A stretch of DNA of 64,000 nt from Camelus ferus (taxonomy: Eukaryota), in the NCBI RefSeq assembly GCF_009834535.1, contig NC_045696.1, forward strand, positions 86,864,001-86,928,000, in the 5' to 3' direction. Shown here piece after piece: positions 61,765 through 64,000 of this stretch. Position numbers and translations under genes: made by a program. The first letter of the stretch is position 1. Each line of letters begins with the position of its first letter. Below the pieces are notes generated by a model. That model saw nothing but the letters and a program-made list of their open reading frames with translations, did no database searches and had not been told where the DNA came from.

Positions 61765-62724
61765 ATTAAAAGTAAAATGGATAAAAAATGCAAACAATAA
61801 TCAACACACTAGAGTGGTAATATCATTAAAAATCACCTTATGATAAAGAATATTAACAGGGATAAGGAAGGATATTTCTTTATAATAAATGAGTCAATTT
61901 ACCATGAAAATTTAACAATCTTAAATGTGTGTACATATCAACGTCGCTTCCAAACAAAGAGCAACACTGATACAAGTGAAAGTAGGAACAGACAAGTCTA
62001 AAATGATAGTTGGAGATTTCAACACCTCTCTTTCAGTAACTGCTAAAGTAAGTAAACAGAAACTCAATAAGTATATAGAAGTTTTAAATAATATTATCAA
62101 ACAGCTTCCTTTAATCGACATTTGTAGATTACTATAGCCAGCAAAGGTAGAACACAGTTTGAAAGAGTACAAGGGACATTTACTACAATAGAACATATAC
62201 TGGTTATAAAATAAGTCTTGACAAATTTTAAAAGATTGAAACTTTACAGTATGGATTCCCTCCCCAAAATACAATTAATTATTAATCAATAACAAAAAAT
62301 CAATAACTAAAAATTTTGGAAAACTCCATAACTATTTATAAAGTAACAAACTCTCCTAAAAATTCCTATGTCAAAGAAAAACTCACAAGGTAATAGAAAA
62401 TATTTTGACTACATTTTAATAAAATATGATATCACCTAGAACAATCCATTGAGGAAAATCATGTTTTACATTTTCATGCTAAAAAAATAAAGGTCCAAAA
62501 TCCATTATCTAAGCTTACAACTTTTAAGAGTTAAATTAAAACCCATTTACTTAGAATTAAGGATAACAGAAATAATTTTTTAAAAATAAAAAATATAAAA
62601 AGGAAAAAAAATAAGAGCAACTGGTTCTTACAAATGAAAAATAAAATTTAAAAAATTCCAGAATGTTTAAGGAAAATAAAGAAAACACATATTTTCAATG
62701 ATAACAATGAAATAGGGATTATAT
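61765..62724 (+). mobile_element. Old L1 ORF2 endonuclease region
   Basis: IVGDFNTSLS and LNNIIKQLPLIDICRLL in ORF 61925-62137; AACAATCTTAAATGTGT. Confidence 0.85.
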
Positions 62725-63486
62725 CTTCCATCATGGAAGAGATAGTGTTTCATTCTTACTGGAATGGACATTTACTCTGGATATCAAATTTGCCTTCCCT
62801 GCATGCAGTGCTTCTTCCAAAACTATCTTCTGTGGTCTTGCAGAATGCCTTATCCATCATCATGTTATTCCACACAGCATTGTTTCTGATCAAGTAACTC
62901 AATTTATAGCAAAAGAAGTGTGGCAATGGTCCATACCCATGGAATCACTGATCTAACCATGTTCCCCTCCATTCTGAAGTGTCTGGTTTGACACAGTGGT
63001 GGGCTAGCCTTTTGAAGACTCAGTTATAGTTCCAGCTGGATGACAACATTTTGCAGGACTGGGGCAAGGTTCTCCAGAAGGCTATATATTCTCCAACTGA
63101 GCACCCAATATATGATGCTGCTTCTCCTACAGCCAAGACTCAAAGGTCTAGGGATTAATAAGTGGAAATGGGAGTGGCACCACTCGTTCTTAAACCTTAG
63201 TGACCCACTAGCAAAAATTTACTTCCTTTTTGTAACCTTATGTTCTGCCGGCCTAGAGAGGGAAGAATGCTTCTACAAGTAGATACAAAAAGGATTTAAT
63301 TTAACTGAAGTTAAGACTGCTGCCTGACCACTGTGGATTCCTCATGCCTCTGAATTAACAGGCAAAAATGACAATTACTATGATAATCTGGGTGGTTGAT
63401 TCTGACTACCAGGGAACAATTAAACTGCTACTGCACAATGGAGATAAGGACATAAAGGAATCCCTCAGAGCACCTCTTGGTATTAC
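62725..63486 (+). mobile_element. ERVL internal fragment: decayed integrase core and dUTPase
   Basis: ACTGGAATGGACATTTACTCTGGATAT (TG.D.YSGY), ECLIHHHVIPHSIVSDQ, LLKTQL, WGKVLQKA, then VVDSDYQGTIKLLLHNG (dUTPase downstream of integrase, as in ERVL). Confidence 0.9.
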
Positions 63487-63491
63487 TAAAG

Positions 63492-63578
63492 GGCTGTGGA
63501 CTGACTATTTGCGTCCTTCCACAATTTATATGTTAAACTCTGATCTCCAATGTGATGATATTTGGAGGTAGGGCCTCA
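63492..63578 (+). mobile_element. MLT1A/MST-like LTR 5' fragment
   Basis: GCTGTGGACTGACTATTTGCGTCCTTCCACAATTTATATGTT...CCAATGTGATGATATTTGGAGGTAGGGCCT. Confidence 0.75.
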
Positions 63579-63619
63579 TGACTGATCATGTTTTCTTCTC
63601 ATTTTGCTTATTAATAAGA

Positions 63620-63960
63620 TTTTAACAAGTAATAGATGTTCTGTACCAGAGCTATCTTGCATAACAATTATTCACTCATAGTTTACTTATATTTATGTTG
63701 CTAAATTTGATATTTGGATCTAGATTTTTTTTCATGTGTAGTCATAAGTGATATTTTCCTTTTTATGCTGCATTTGTCAAGATGTTTCTTGGGAAAAGGT
63801 AGCTTTATAAAATTTCATAAAAAATTTTATCTGCCAAAGATTTGGGACAGTTTATAAGAAACAGACATTTCCTGATTAATGATATCATTTAGTTTTAAAA
63901 ATCCATATGCCTGCTTGATTGTACTAAAGTCTATTGCCTATGATTCTAAATGGGAAGATT
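63620..63960 (-). mobile_element. Very old L1 ORF2 fragment
   Basis: TTTTTTCATGTGTAGTCATAAGTGATATT...AAGGTAGCTTTATAAAAT; diverged. Confidence 0.4.
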
Positions 63961-64000
63961 ATATTTGTGTTACACATCTACTGAACTGCTCCATCAAATT

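Noticed and set aside
1..64000. Host exons or a novel multi-gene system
   Set aside because: No non-repeat ORF with recognisable protein features, no CpG island and no convincing splice-flanked coding segment; small or non-coding exons cannot be excluded without RNA data

Overview
Mammalian, very AT-rich (roughly one-third GC by eye) and CpG-depleted DNA. It is most likely camelid, judged from two copies of a tRNA-derived SINE matching the camelid Vic-1 type and from a young L1 3' end of the camelid type. I find no host protein-coding exon, RNA gene, CpG island or CRISPR-like array. The ORFs I can place are decayed retroelement frames, antisense frames of repeats or microsatellite translations, and the rest are short chance frames. 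The window reads as a gene desert or deep intron made of layered transposon fossils. Old layers: L2, MIR, HAL1/L1M, ERVL/MaLR LTRs and internal pieces, MER53, a Charlie MITE and Tigger1. Younger layers: L1s with target-site duplications (TSDs), SINEs and ERV1 LTRs. Most notable: (1) an internally deleted Mutator/MuDR (MULE) transposon at about 14.5-15.45 kb, with long terminal inverted repeats (TIRs) built of 15-bp subrepeats and readable FLYWCH-like and PRTNN transposase remnants; (2) seven ERV1 LTRs within about 7 kb, including one inserted into the terminal att motif of another and a MER41-like LTR keeping a GAS motif; (3) a complete solo LTR at 43.9-44.4 kb with five inverted CCAAT boxes, an octamer, a GAS motif and a TATA box; (4) atypical L1 events, namely an orphan internal fragment, short 3' tags and an approximately 65-bp target duplication. 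I see no convincing new gene system. Repeat family names come from my recollection of consensus sequences and need RepeatMasker/Dfam confirmation, and boundaries of old repeats are approximate.
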